From a bacterium (GTDB taxonomy: Bacteria > Patescibacteriota > Minisyncoccia > Phycocordibacterales > JAKAEA01), in NCBI GenBank assembly GCA_021818465.1, contig JAKAEA010000001.1:169972-233971 (forward strand): a stretch of DNA of 64,000 nt, read 5' to 3'. Positions 53,399 through 61,808 of the stretch are shown here, in pieces. A program made the position numbers and the translations under genes. The notes under the pieces were generated by a model that was given only the letters and a program-made list of their open reading frames with translations, was not told the DNA's origin and did no database searches. How positions within the stretch are numbered: the first letter of the stretch is position 1; each line of letters begins with the position of its first letter.

Positions 53399-54647
53399 TT
53401 TTTAGCTTGGTTCGAAGGCAGTCCATCAGGTCGCGCTTCTCGAATATTGACCCTTCTGTCAGGAGGTACTTTGCATAGTTCCGTATATCGGCATCTTTCA
53501 CGGAATAGTTCTCATCAGCTTTGCCCATAATCCCTGAATGGAATTTCTTATGCCGCTCGATCTCGGCTTCAAGTTTCTTCTTGATACCTGATCGTTCCAG
53601 ATCAATTACATCAAAGATTCTTAGGAATTCTTTAATAAGCACTTTCTCTTCGGTATATCCTTCTTTGCAGTTGATGTTTCGGGAACGGGTGCAGCCGTAG
53701 TAAATGTATTTGGCGACGGAGCCGTCTTTAAGAGATTTGAATTTCTCCTGGGCGGTTATTCCTGAGCCACAAGCTCCACAGGAGAGGAGACGGGTGAAGG
53801 CAAATTCTTTATTTCGATTCTTCGATTTGACTTGGAGATGAAGCTGCTTCTGTACCTCCTCGAACAACTCCTTAGAAATGAGCGGCGTGTGCTTGCCCTG
53901 GAACCATCTGCCGCTCGCTTTCGGGTATTCAAATGTGCCGTAGTAGAAATGGTTATTCAGAATGACGTAGACGTTGCTCAAGGTGAGTGGCTTTCCGGTG
54001 CGGGTCTTGAACTTAATGTCTTTAAGCCATCGGTATACTTTTCGGCCGCTCCAGCCCTCGTTAGCTACTTTTTGAAAGAGGTCCTTGATAACAGGAGCTC
54101 TATCTGGGTCTACGAATACGACACCTTTCTGGTCTTTGTTTTTGGAGTTGAGATAGCCGGTTGGAGCGACACTTGGCCAAAGCCCGAGCTCGCACTTAGT
54201 CTTGAGGCCGCGCTTCACATTAATGCTCTTATTGTCGTTCTCGAGTTTTGCTTGGCTGCCGAGAATCATCAGGAGGAACTTCTCGTTTGGGTTGTTGGTA
54301 AACCGCTGGCTGTAGGTACGGATCTCTAAGAGCTTCTTCTGATCGAAGAGGTCCACGATCGCACCAAGGTCTCCCGCGTTGCGAGAGAGGCGGTCGGGGT
54401 GCCATACGAGGATTCCATCGAATTTGCCCTCACGGATATCCATCAGAAGCTTGTTGAAAACAGGCCGCTGGCCGGCATCCTTTGCGGAGTGCGACTCGCG
54501 ATACATATCGACCACATTCAGTCCATCTCGCTGGGCGAGGCTCAGCATCTCCTTGAGCTGGGAATCTATCGAAAGCGCCTGTTTCTCCTCGGCCTCGCTC
54601 GATTTCCGGGCATATAGGCAGTACCTGACGGGGTCCTGGTTTTCCAT
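53370..54647 (-). CDS. large serine recombinase (resolvase catalytic domain, recombinase domain, zinc-ribbon)
   Basis: N-terminus MENQDPVRYCLYARKSSEAEEKQALSIDSQ has the catalytic Ser in the YARxSS context. It continues DGILVWHPDRLSRN. Recombinase domain and a Cys pair (CGACGSG...CTRSR) follow. Start at the internal Met at 54647 preferred over the 498-aa ORF. Confidence 0.85.
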   Translation of the reverse strand: MENQDPVRYCLYARKSSEAEEKQALSIDSQLKEMLSLAQRDGLNVVDMYRESHSAKDAGQRPVFNKLLMDIREGKFDGILVWHPDRLSRNAGDLGAIVDLFDQKKLLEIRTYSQRFTNNPNEKFLLMILGSQAKLENDNKSINVKRGLKTKCELGLWPSVAPTGYLNSKNKDQKGVVFVDPDRAPVIKDLFQKVANEGWSGRKVYRWLKDIKFKTRTGKPLTLSNVYVILNNHFYYGTFEYPKASGRWFQGKHTPLISKELFEEVQKQLHLQVKSKNRNKEFAFTRLLSCGACGSGITAQEKFKSLKDGSVAKYIYYGCTRSRNINCKEGYTEEKVLIKEFLRIFDVIDLERSGIKKKLEAEIERHKKFHSGIMGKADENYSVKDADIRNYAKYLLTEGSIFEKRDLMDCLRTKLKITKGLVTVD

Positions 54648-54741
54648 ACAACACAACACATGCCCGAAGCGAGGGAAGAAGTCCAGTGGTGGATAGGTGG
54701 TAACTTTCAAGTGAATTTGACTTTGATCCATTTGATGCATT

Positions 54742-55053
54742 ATGATGGTAGGTATGGAAGAGTCAGTTTCTGGATACAAAGCAGTCAAGCGGCTTGCAGT
54801 AGAGCGGCCTGATTGGCTCCCCATTGTTCGAGAATGCTTGAATTTGCGGAAAGAGATCCATAACACCGATTTCGCTGGTGCATGGGTATATCAGCGCCTT
54901 CAAGAAAAGGGCGGACCGAAATTTTCAAACCTGCGTCTTCTTGTTAGCTTTGGCATCTTGAAGAAAGAGGCAACTTCGCGCGGTGGTCGACGCGCGTACT
55001 ATTCTTTCGTAGATCCTGAAGGGGTTGAGCGGGCACTTGGCGAGTTGAAATAA
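54742..55053 (+). CDS. small hypothetical protein, possible winged-helix DNA-binding protein
   Basis: 103-aa ORF divergent from the recombinase and immediately upstream of the MTase operon. The basic C-terminal half RLLVSFGILKKEATSRGGRRAYYSF is winged-helix-like. Confidence 0.3.
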   Translation: MMVGMEESVSGYKAVKRLAVERPDWLPIVRECLNLRKEIHNTDFAGAWVYQRLQEKGGPKFSNLRLLVSFGILKKEATSRGGRRAYYSFVDPEGVERALGELK

Positions 55054-55057
55054 TTTT

Positions 55058-56155
55058 ATGAAAGCGAAAGTTGCAAATACAAGCCTTCACGGCGCGAAAA
55101 AGGCGAAGAAAGACGAGTTTTACACTCAACTCGTCGATATCGAAAAGGAGCTGAAGCACTACAAAGACCAGTTTCGCGGCAAAGTAGTCTATTGCAATTG
55201 CGACGACCCATTCGAGAGCAATTTCTTCAAATATTTCGCCGCAAATTTCAACGCGCTCGGATTGAAGAAACTCATCACGACAAGTTTTGTAAAATCGCCT
55301 ATCGCTGGCGGGCAGTTGCCGCTCTTTGAAATGCAGGGACTAAAGCCCGACGGCAAAGAGCCGTTCAAAATTGAAATACGGGAAGTACCTGACGCAGACG
55401 GCGACGGCGCGATCAACCTTGATGACGTGAAGTATCTACTACAACACGACAAGAACACCGCAATCCCGCTGAAAGGCAACGGTGATTTCCGTAGCGACGA
55501 ATGCATAGAATTTCTTAAAGAGGCGGATATTGTTGTGACAAACCCGCCATTCTCGCTTTTCCGCGAATACATTTCGCAATTGGTAGAACATAATAAAAAA
55601 TTCCTTATCATCGGCAATATCAACGCCGTCACTTACAAAGAAGTGTTCCCTTTGGTTAAAGCAAACAAATTGTGGCTTGGCGCAAGTATCCATAGCGGCG
55701 ACCGTGAGTTTAGAGTGCCGGAAGACTACCCGCTAAACGCGGCCGGATACCGAGTTGATGGAGAAGGAAACAAATATATTCGCGTCAAAGGTGTGCGCTG
55801 GTTTACAAATCTTGATTATGACGAGCGCCACGACAGCATTGTGCTTTACAAAAAGTATTCGTCAAAAGAGTATCCGAAATACGATAACTACGACGCCATA
55901 AACGTGGATAAGACCGTCGATATTCCAATGGACTACAAAGGCGCTATCGGCGTACCAATTACTTTTCTTGATAAATACAGCCCCGACCAATTTACAATTT
56001 TGGGCGCGTTGATCTCCGGCCCACTCGGACAAGAGTTAGGAGCGACCAAAACGAAACAAATAAGGCCAAACGGAAAAACGACGATGGAATACGGGCCCAT
56101 TATCAAGACCAAAGGTTATTACGGAAGAATTGTCATTAAAAATAAAACACTATGA
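55058..56155 (+). CDS. putative N6-adenine DNA methyltransferase-like protein (gamma-class order: EFYT motif X then NPPF motif IV)
   Basis: DEFYTQ near the N-terminus and DIVVTNPPFS at about aa 165. No textbook glycine-rich motif I visible; VVYCNCDDPF occupies that position. Contains a DADGDGAINLDD loop. Confidence 0.5.
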   Translation: MKAKVANTSLHGAKKAKKDEFYTQLVDIEKELKHYKDQFRGKVVYCNCDDPFESNFFKYFAANFNALGLKKLITTSFVKSPIAGGQLPLFEMQGLKPDGKEPFKIEIREVPDADGDGAINLDDVKYLLQHDKNTAIPLKGNGDFRSDECIEFLKEADIVVTNPPFSLFREYISQLVEHNKKFLIIGNINAVTYKEVFPLVKANKLWLGASIHSGDREFRVPEDYPLNAAGYRVDGEGNKYIRVKGVRWFTNLDYDERHDSIVLYKKYSSKEYPKYDNYDAINVDKTVDIPMDYKGAIGVPITFLDKYSPDQFTILGALISGPLGQELGATKTKQIRPNGKTTMEYGPIIKTKGYYGRIVIKNKTL

Positions 56156-57243
56156 AAATCGAGCTACATAAAATCAAAATACGAGAAGTCGTTAACGGCT
56201 TCAAAGACAGCGCCGAGGAAGGTGTCGTGGCGTATGGCGGCAAGCTTGATGTCCGCCCGAAGTACCAGCGCGAGTTCGTCTACAAAGACAAGCAGCGCGA
56301 CGCCGTGCTTGATACGGTCAAGAAAGGATTCCCGCTCAACGTCATGTACTGGATGGTGCGCGAGGATGGCGGCTTTGAAGTGCTCGACGGCCAACAGCGC
56401 ACCATCAGTATCGGCCAGTATGTGAATGGCGACTTTTCGCTTGGCGACCGCTATTTCCATAACCTCATCAAAGAGGAGCAAGAGCAGACTTTGAACTACG
56501 AACTGATGATTTATTTCTGCGAAGGCACGGACAAAGAGCGGCTCGACTGGTTTAGGACTATCAATATTGCGGGCGAGAAACTAACAGACCAAGAGCTTCG
56601 AAATGCCGTGTATACCGGCCCGTGGCTTTCGGATGCAAAACTTAAATTCAGCAAGACCGGCTGCGCCGCGTATCACTTGGCGAACGATGGCGGAGCGCTT
56701 GTGAGCGGCTCGCCGATCCGCCAAGAGTATTTGGAAACTGCGCTCTCATGGATAAACAAGGGCGAGGTGGCGGATTACATGGCGAAGCATCAGCACGACA
56801 AGGACGCCGAGAAATTGTGGGCGTACTTTCAGGACGTAATAGCGTGGGTGCGAAAGACGTTCCCCAACTACCGCAAGGAAATGGCGCACGTGAATTGGGG
56901 CGAGCTGTACAACGAATACAAGGACAAAAAACTAAACGCCACCAAGCTTGAGACCGAGGTCAAGAAGCTCATGCAAGACGAGGACGTAACGAAAAAGTCC
57001 GGCATCTACCCGTATGTGTTGACCGGCAACGAACGCGAGCTTTCTATCCGTGCGTTTACCGACAAAATGAAGCGCGAGGCATACGAGCGGCAAGACGGCG
57101 TCTGCACATTCTGCAAAAAGAAGTTTGATATTTCGGAAATGGAGGCCGATCACATTACACCCTGGCACGAAGGTGGAAAAACAACAGCTGACAACTGCCA
57201 GATGCTCTGCAAACTGGATAACCGAACAAAGTCGGGGAAATGA
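56152..57243 (+). CDS. DUF262 (ParB-like, DGQQR motif) domain fused to C-terminal HNH nuclease
   Basis: N-terminal KYQREFVYK...EVLDGQQRTISI. C-terminal CTFCKKKFDISEMEADHITPWHEGGKTTADNCQMLCKLDN (HNH with Zn-binding Cys). Start overlaps the MTase stop (ATGA). Confidence 0.7.
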   Translation: MKIELHKIKIREVVNGFKDSAEEGVVAYGGKLDVRPKYQREFVYKDKQRDAVLDTVKKGFPLNVMYWMVREDGGFEVLDGQQRTISIGQYVNGDFSLGDRYFHNLIKEEQEQTLNYELMIYFCEGTDKERLDWFRTINIAGEKLTDQELRNAVYTGPWLSDAKLKFSKTGCAAYHLANDGGALVSGSPIRQEYLETALSWINKGEVADYMAKHQHDKDAEKLWAYFQDVIAWVRKTFPNYRKEMAHVNWGELYNEYKDKKLNATKLETEVKKLMQDEDVTKKSGIYPYVLTGNERELSIRAFTDKMKREAYERQDGVCTFCKKKFDISEMEADHITPWHEGGKTTADNCQMLCKLDNRTKSGK

Positions 57244-58922
57244 AATACATGCCTGAGATCGTTCACCAGTTTTCAAATGCAGTGAGCATTATCTTGCACA
57301 ATCCGATCTGGGAAACTCACTCCTCATACAACTTGGGCGTTGCAATCACGGCCATAGCCATAGTTGTTGCGTTTATTGAATTTATTGCAAACAGGCGAGA
57401 GCTAAGATTTAGTTTGAATTACAGAAAGAGACAAATGGCCCTATGGTTTGCTGTTGCGAGCATAGCATTAACGTTTTTGGGAGAATTAGACGGCCTTTTT
57501 CTTGGTTACCCCTTTATTTTTGAGACCAGTGGAGCGGTACTCATGATTGCCGCTATAGCGATTTATCTCAGATTAGTTCTTAGTCCACTCAAACGACTCA
57601 ATAAAAAACAAATCTCCGTCCTACAAGATATTTTGGCCGGAACATTGTCCAATGCTCATTTGGATAAACCACAAATCGTTCGTGGTTGTATGGAGCTATT
57701 TGAAAATTTGCTGGACCTTTCCTTAGACAACAAAGATGTTCGAGGCATTTTCAGAAATGCTTTCGCCAGTGATGTCTTCCTCAAATCTTTTTCTGAATCT
57801 TATTTTGTATTCGGACGTACAGTCGATTTCTATAGGCAGAAAAGAATAGAGGGTGGACACGATTTAGACCATCTTGAATTTTTTCTCAAGCGACTCATGA
57901 CCAAGTCACTTGAGAACGGCGAATCATTCTTGAATATGTTCATTGGACAAAAAATCTATCCAAATGCCCTGTTTTGCCTTGATGATGTGATGATAAACGA
58001 GAAAAACGATTCGGCGCTTCAAACTCTTTTTGGGGAATATGGATATAACGGATTGGATTATGTTGGTCAGTTAAATTACATAGATCTGGTCACTCGTTAT
58101 TTCAGACTGGTTTATCAGGAAAATAATCATATAAGCCTAAAAGACGGATATCAACGAAATTACGAGTTGAATGATGGTCTTATTGGGATTTTCTTTGAAC
58201 AAATCAGCAACTTTATTGAGAGGTGTTATGACCAAAAACACCTTGAGGCTCTGATCGATAAGACGGAGGGTTTTTCGTGGTACTACACCTGGGGGGTCAG
58301 AACTCGAGATAAGAGCGAGCACATAAGAGGAGACACCGGCAAGTTTCTATTTGATGTTTTCTATAACTCTATTAGCAAATACGAGATCGAAAATGAGGAA
58401 ATATTCAGATTGAAAGTACATCAGTTGTACGATCATTTTCTTGAGATGCAGGAGAACGGGGTTGAGAGTAACATCGCTTACGCCGTCTTCGTAGAAAAGT
58501 TAAAGAAAAAAATACTTGGCGACGGAAAGGATGGAGACATGCCAAACTACAAGGGTTATTTCCCGGCAATGATTCTGGTCTATTTCTATATGTTTGGTTT
58601 TTATGCTTTCTCGGAAAAGCAGAATGAGGCACAGGCGAGAGACTTGCACGTACCTGTTTTCTCAAAACTAGCTGAGGCGTTTCCTAAGCTTTATCAAGGT
58701 TTTAAACAAGAATTTTATGATGCGGAAACTCTCCCAGAAGGTAAAAAAGAATTGCTCGAAAAGCAGGGACGAGAGACTTTAGATCAGTTCTTAAAAAAGA
58801 ACATGGTCTATAACTTTGAAGAAAACTCGCTGTCATATTACTACAGCGGCAACGTACACAGCGCAAAAGTATTTCTGAATGATGTTCGCGACAAACAGAC
58901 GATCGAGCCGAAGAGATTATGA
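57240..58922 (+). CDS. hypothetical membrane-anchored alpha-helical protein (operon member 3)
   Basis: 560 aa. Three or four N-terminal TM helices, then a large soluble all-alpha domain and one further hydrophobic segment near aa 440. Start overlaps the upstream stop (ATGA). Confidence 0.4.
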   Translation: MKYMPEIVHQFSNAVSIILHNPIWETHSSYNLGVAITAIAIVVAFIEFIANRRELRFSLNYRKRQMALWFAVASIALTFLGELDGLFLGYPFIFETSGAVLMIAAIAIYLRLVLSPLKRLNKKQISVLQDILAGTLSNAHLDKPQIVRGCMELFENLLDLSLDNKDVRGIFRNAFASDVFLKSFSESYFVFGRTVDFYRQKRIEGGHDLDHLEFFLKRLMTKSLENGESFLNMFIGQKIYPNALFCLDDVMINEKNDSALQTLFGEYGYNGLDYVGQLNYIDLVTRYFRLVYQENNHISLKDGYQRNYELNDGLIGIFFEQISNFIERCYDQKHLEALIDKTEGFSWYYTWGVRTRDKSEHIRGDTGKFLFDVFYNSISKYEIENEEIFRLKVHQLYDHFLEMQENGVESNIAYAVFVEKLKKKILGDGKDGDMPNYKGYFPAMILVYFYMFGFYAFSEKQNEAQARDLHVPVFSKLAEAFPKLYQGFKQEFYDAETLPEGKKELLEKQGRETLDQFLKKNMVYNFEENSLSYYYSGNVHSAKVFLNDVRDKQTIEPKRL

Positions 58923-59821
58923 ATAAACAGAGTCGAAGCCATCATTATCTACCGCGACATTATCTCGAAGGCTTTAAAGGGAGCAACAGCGGTTTTTTCG
59001 TCTACGACAAACAGGAAGATAAAATCTTTCCCTCCAGCCCCGGCGCTACTTTCTTTGAAAATCACCTAAATACCGTCTACCTTCCTGACGGTAAAACCTC
59101 TGTATTCGTCGAAGACCAATACACAAACATTGAGAATGATTGCTGGCCCGCCATAGATAGGATAAGGACCTCCGACAGCAAGACCCTAATTACTCACGAG
59201 GACAAGGAATTCTTGCATCTCTTCTTGTCTTCGCTGTACTGGAGGCTTCCAATAAATTCATCGATGGCAGAGCAGTGGTCCAAGAGTGCATTCACTGACA
59301 CCAGTCCTGTCGATTACTTTCGTCTGAAAAACAAGCAAGGAAAATCGATACCGCGTCACATCGTAGATGCGATTAGGGACTCAGATGCATTCAAAAAATC
59401 ATTCAGATTGATCCTGTCCATGGCTCCTTTTCTCAAGGATAAGAGTTGGGGTCACAAGTTGCAAAACTGGCGATTTTTCTATCACCAAAACGGGCAGCGC
59501 TTCAACATTGTTGGCGATAATCCAATTCTGACCCGAACTGAAAATCACGAAGACCCAGTATCATTGTTGGACGAATTTGTATTTCCACTATCAGCGAGCA
59601 TAACAATCGTTAATACAAACCCCGTTCCAACAAAAGGCCTATCTCCGGAATTTACCCTTCAATTAGGTGTAGCGATGGTAGAGAGGGCGCGGCGGTTCGT
59701 CGTTTCTCACAACAAAGCTTGGCTAGAAGCAGTAGTAGGCCACTACAAAATTTATGCGAACGCGGGAATGAATCACCTGATTCTCGATCAATTATGCCTC
59801 ATGTTGCAACAGGCAGCCTAG
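58919..59821 (+). CDS. DUF4238-like protein, paralog 2 (operon member 4)
   Basis: N-terminal HHYLPRHYLEGF and downstream GDNPIL motif. Start overlaps the upstream stop (ATGA). Confidence 0.5.
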   Translation: MNKQSRSHHYLPRHYLEGFKGSNSGFFVYDKQEDKIFPSSPGATFFENHLNTVYLPDGKTSVFVEDQYTNIENDCWPAIDRIRTSDSKTLITHEDKEFLHLFLSSLYWRLPINSSMAEQWSKSAFTDTSPVDYFRLKNKQGKSIPRHIVDAIRDSDAFKKSFRLILSMAPFLKDKSWGHKLQNWRFFYHQNGQRFNIVGDNPILTRTENHEDPVSLLDEFVFPLSASITIVNTNPVPTKGLSPEFTLQLGVAMVERARRFVVSHNKAWLEAVVGHYKIYANAGMNHLILDQLCLMLQQAA

Positions 59822-59862
59822 CCCCAGTCTTCAGAGCGTTTTTCGGAGCAGTGTTGAAGGCC

Positions 59863-60081
59863 TTATAGAAAATACTCGACCTTCTTTCCGTAAAGCTTCG
59901 CGAGTCGGTTTAGCCAAATAGCCTCAACTCGCAATTCTCCAAGTTCGATCTTAGATACCCAAGACTGTGAACAGCCGAGCTTTTCTGCTACTTCGGCCTG
60001 CGTAAGCCCAGCTTCCAAGCGGGCTTTCTTGAGTTTCTTCACGAACCCGGCCCGCTCATCGGTATGAATGGACTTCTTCAT
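59863..60081 (-). CDS. XRE-family (Cro/C1-type) HTH transcriptional regulator
   Basis: LTQAEVAEKLGCSQSWVSKIE, a classic HTH_3 signature. 72 aa. Confidence 0.8.
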   Translation of the reverse strand: MKKSIHTDERAGFVKKLKKARLEAGLTQAEVAEKLGCSQSWVSKIELGELRVEAIWLNRLAKLYGKKVEYFL

Positions 60082-60095
60082 ACCTATAAGCGTCT

Positions 60096-60125
60096 ATTCC
60101 GTATTGGGATATTCCAAAGCGGAAT
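60096..60125. promoter_or_regulatory. imperfect inverted repeat, candidate operator of the XRE regulator
   Basis: attccgtattgg-gatatt-ccaaagcggaat, lying 15-45 nt upstream of the regulator start (minus strand). Confidence 0.3.
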
Positions 60126-60230
60126 ATTTATGCTAAGCTCAGAAATAGCCTCCAAAACCGCCATTTGTGGAGGTGTTGGTAACTGGGACTACACAACCCT
60201 CCGAAAAGAAGCTAAAGAACAAGGACCCAT

Positions 60231-60806
60231 ATGAAAACCCACATAATCGTTACGGCACTCATCACCGTTTTTGCGCTCCCGACCGTCGCGCTAGGAGCTT
60301 CCTTCACATACTCGCTGATTCAAGGCAGGACGCCAGCAGAGGCCGTATCGATCATTGCCGATCAGGTGGATCTACTTTTTGGCCGCGTAGATACCCTCGA
60401 AGCACAGCAAGCAAGCACGACCGCCGAGCTTGAGCAATTGAAGCAGGAGAACGCAAATCTTCAGGCAAAGACAGCTGCGATAGCATCAAGCACGGCAAAG
60501 GCTAGCGCCGCTGAAGATAGGCGCTCAACCTGCGCAGACTTCGCCAGTAGGATCGGCAAGATAGAGACATCTATAAAGGCACCGTACGTTCAGCAGATGA
60601 CCACGCTCAGTGCTCAGATTCACACTCTTGCTGCGCAGAAGAATAGTGCCAGTACCACGATGGACGAAGCGGTCCAAATAAAGCAACAGATGCAAGCTCT
60701 ACAGAAGCAGATGAGCGACTTGAACGACCAGATGCAGCAAGCCATGGACGCAAATACCGATCTACAGGCACTCATTAAGCAGGCCAATAATCTCCTATGC
60801 GCCTGA
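60231..60806 (+). CDS. secreted coiled-coil protein
   Basis: Signal peptide MKTHIIVTALITVFALPTVALGA, then Gln/Ala-rich heptad-like sequence. Confidence 0.4.
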   Translation: MKTHIIVTALITVFALPTVALGASFTYSLIQGRTPAEAVSIIADQVDLLFGRVDTLEAQQASTTAELEQLKQENANLQAKTAAIASSTAKASAAEDRRSTCADFASRIGKIETSIKAPYVQQMTTLSAQIHTLAAQKNSASTTMDEAVQIKQQMQALQKQMSDLNDQMQQAMDANTDLQALIKQANNLLCA

Positions 60807-61030
60807 CAAGCCGATATCTGAAAATTGGGATAGGTGTTGTTGCTGTGGTGGTTTTGCTGCTGATTTACCACGTAGCTGTTGTCGTGCCGAAAGAGGTTCG
60901 TGAACTATGCGACAAGCAGGCGATGCAAGCCGCTGCTCCAGCAGCCGATTATCGCCCAGACTACTCGCTTGATTTATACACATTAAAATTTAATTCCTGT
61001 CTCCACAGTCACGGATTGCAGGCAAGGTAG
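60797..61030 (+). CDS. small hypothetical membrane protein
   Basis: 77-aa ORF with one TM segment (IGIGVVAVVVLLLIYHVAVVV). Overlaps the previous gene by 10 nt. Confidence 0.25.
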   Translation: MRLTSRYLKIGIGVVAVVVLLLIYHVAVVVPKEVRELCDKQAMQAAAPAADYRPDYSLDLYTLKFNSCLHSHGLQAR

Positions 61031-61207
61031 CTGGGGGTATAATTAAGCAAAAGTCGGAGAACCCGGATACCTGGGCCCGCAAGCATTCGACAATCCGCAT
61101 TTGCGCGACCGATTGCTCCGAAGGTGAAAAGAGGAAAATACAGGAGAACTCTTTCCACGCTCACCGAGCATTAAGAGCCCTGCCTTATTTGCTAAGCGTT
61201 ATTGCTT

Positions 61208-61768
61208 ATGCAAGGCAGAAAGATACCTAATGATACGTGGAAGAAATTTCCACGAGTACTTGCTCAAGTGGGCGGCTCCATAACCGCAGCCGCTACCCAA
61301 TTTGGGGTTGATCCAAGATCCGTCTATTACCACATGCGACGCAATCCAGCGTTCGCAAGCAAAATTCAGGAAGTCTACGACACAACCGTCGTTCCTATCC
61401 TTGAACAGCAGATGTACGCGCTCGCGCTCTCGAAGGACTATCGGGCGATGAGATTCATTCTTGCTAACCGTTCGCCGCGAAGGTGGAATACGGAATTCGT
61501 ACTCCGCACCGAGCTTGAAGTGGAACTCGCGCGAGAAGTGAAGAGGATAGAAGACGGCGAGAAGAAGCGAAAGCCGGTCTGTAAATGGATGTCGCTTAGG
61601 GAACTAATCCTCAAGCACATCTATGAACAGCACCTCTACAGCGGACAACCCATTCCGGACATACTTACGATAGATACGAGAGAGGAGAAGAAATACTTCG
61701 AGTCGTATCGATCTCACAGAGAAGCATGGCTCAAAGAGCATCCAGACGGAAGAGATGTAGGCGAGTAA
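61208..61768 (+). CDS. HTH-domain protein (phage terminase small subunit-like or regulator)
   Basis: N-terminal HTH GSITAAATQFGVDPRSVYYHMRRNP. ATG at 61208 preferred over the TTG at 61202. A hairpin spans the start region. Confidence 0.35.
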   Translation: MQGRKIPNDTWKKFPRVLAQVGGSITAAATQFGVDPRSVYYHMRRNPAFASKIQEVYDTTVVPILEQQMYALALSKDYRAMRFILANRSPRRWNTEFVLRTELEVELAREVKRIEDGEKKRKPVCKWMSLRELILKHIYEQHLYSGQPIPDILTIDTREEKKYFESYRSHREAWLKEHPDGRDVGE

Positions 61769-61777
61769 ATCGCAGAA

Positions 61778-61808
61778 CAGTCAAGGCCCCGAAAGGGGCC
61801 TTGACTGT
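61778..61808 (+). terminator. hairpin terminator
   Basis: cagtcaaggcccc-gaaa-ggggccttgactg; weak T-tail. Confidence 0.45.

Noticed and set aside
61202-61207. TTG start for the HTH protein ORF; likewise the GTG at 26757 for the pilin-like gene
   Set aside because: In-frame ATG codons 6 and 18 nt downstream give more canonical N-termini. For the pilin, the ATG yields a proper short prepilin leader ending in Gly-Phe.
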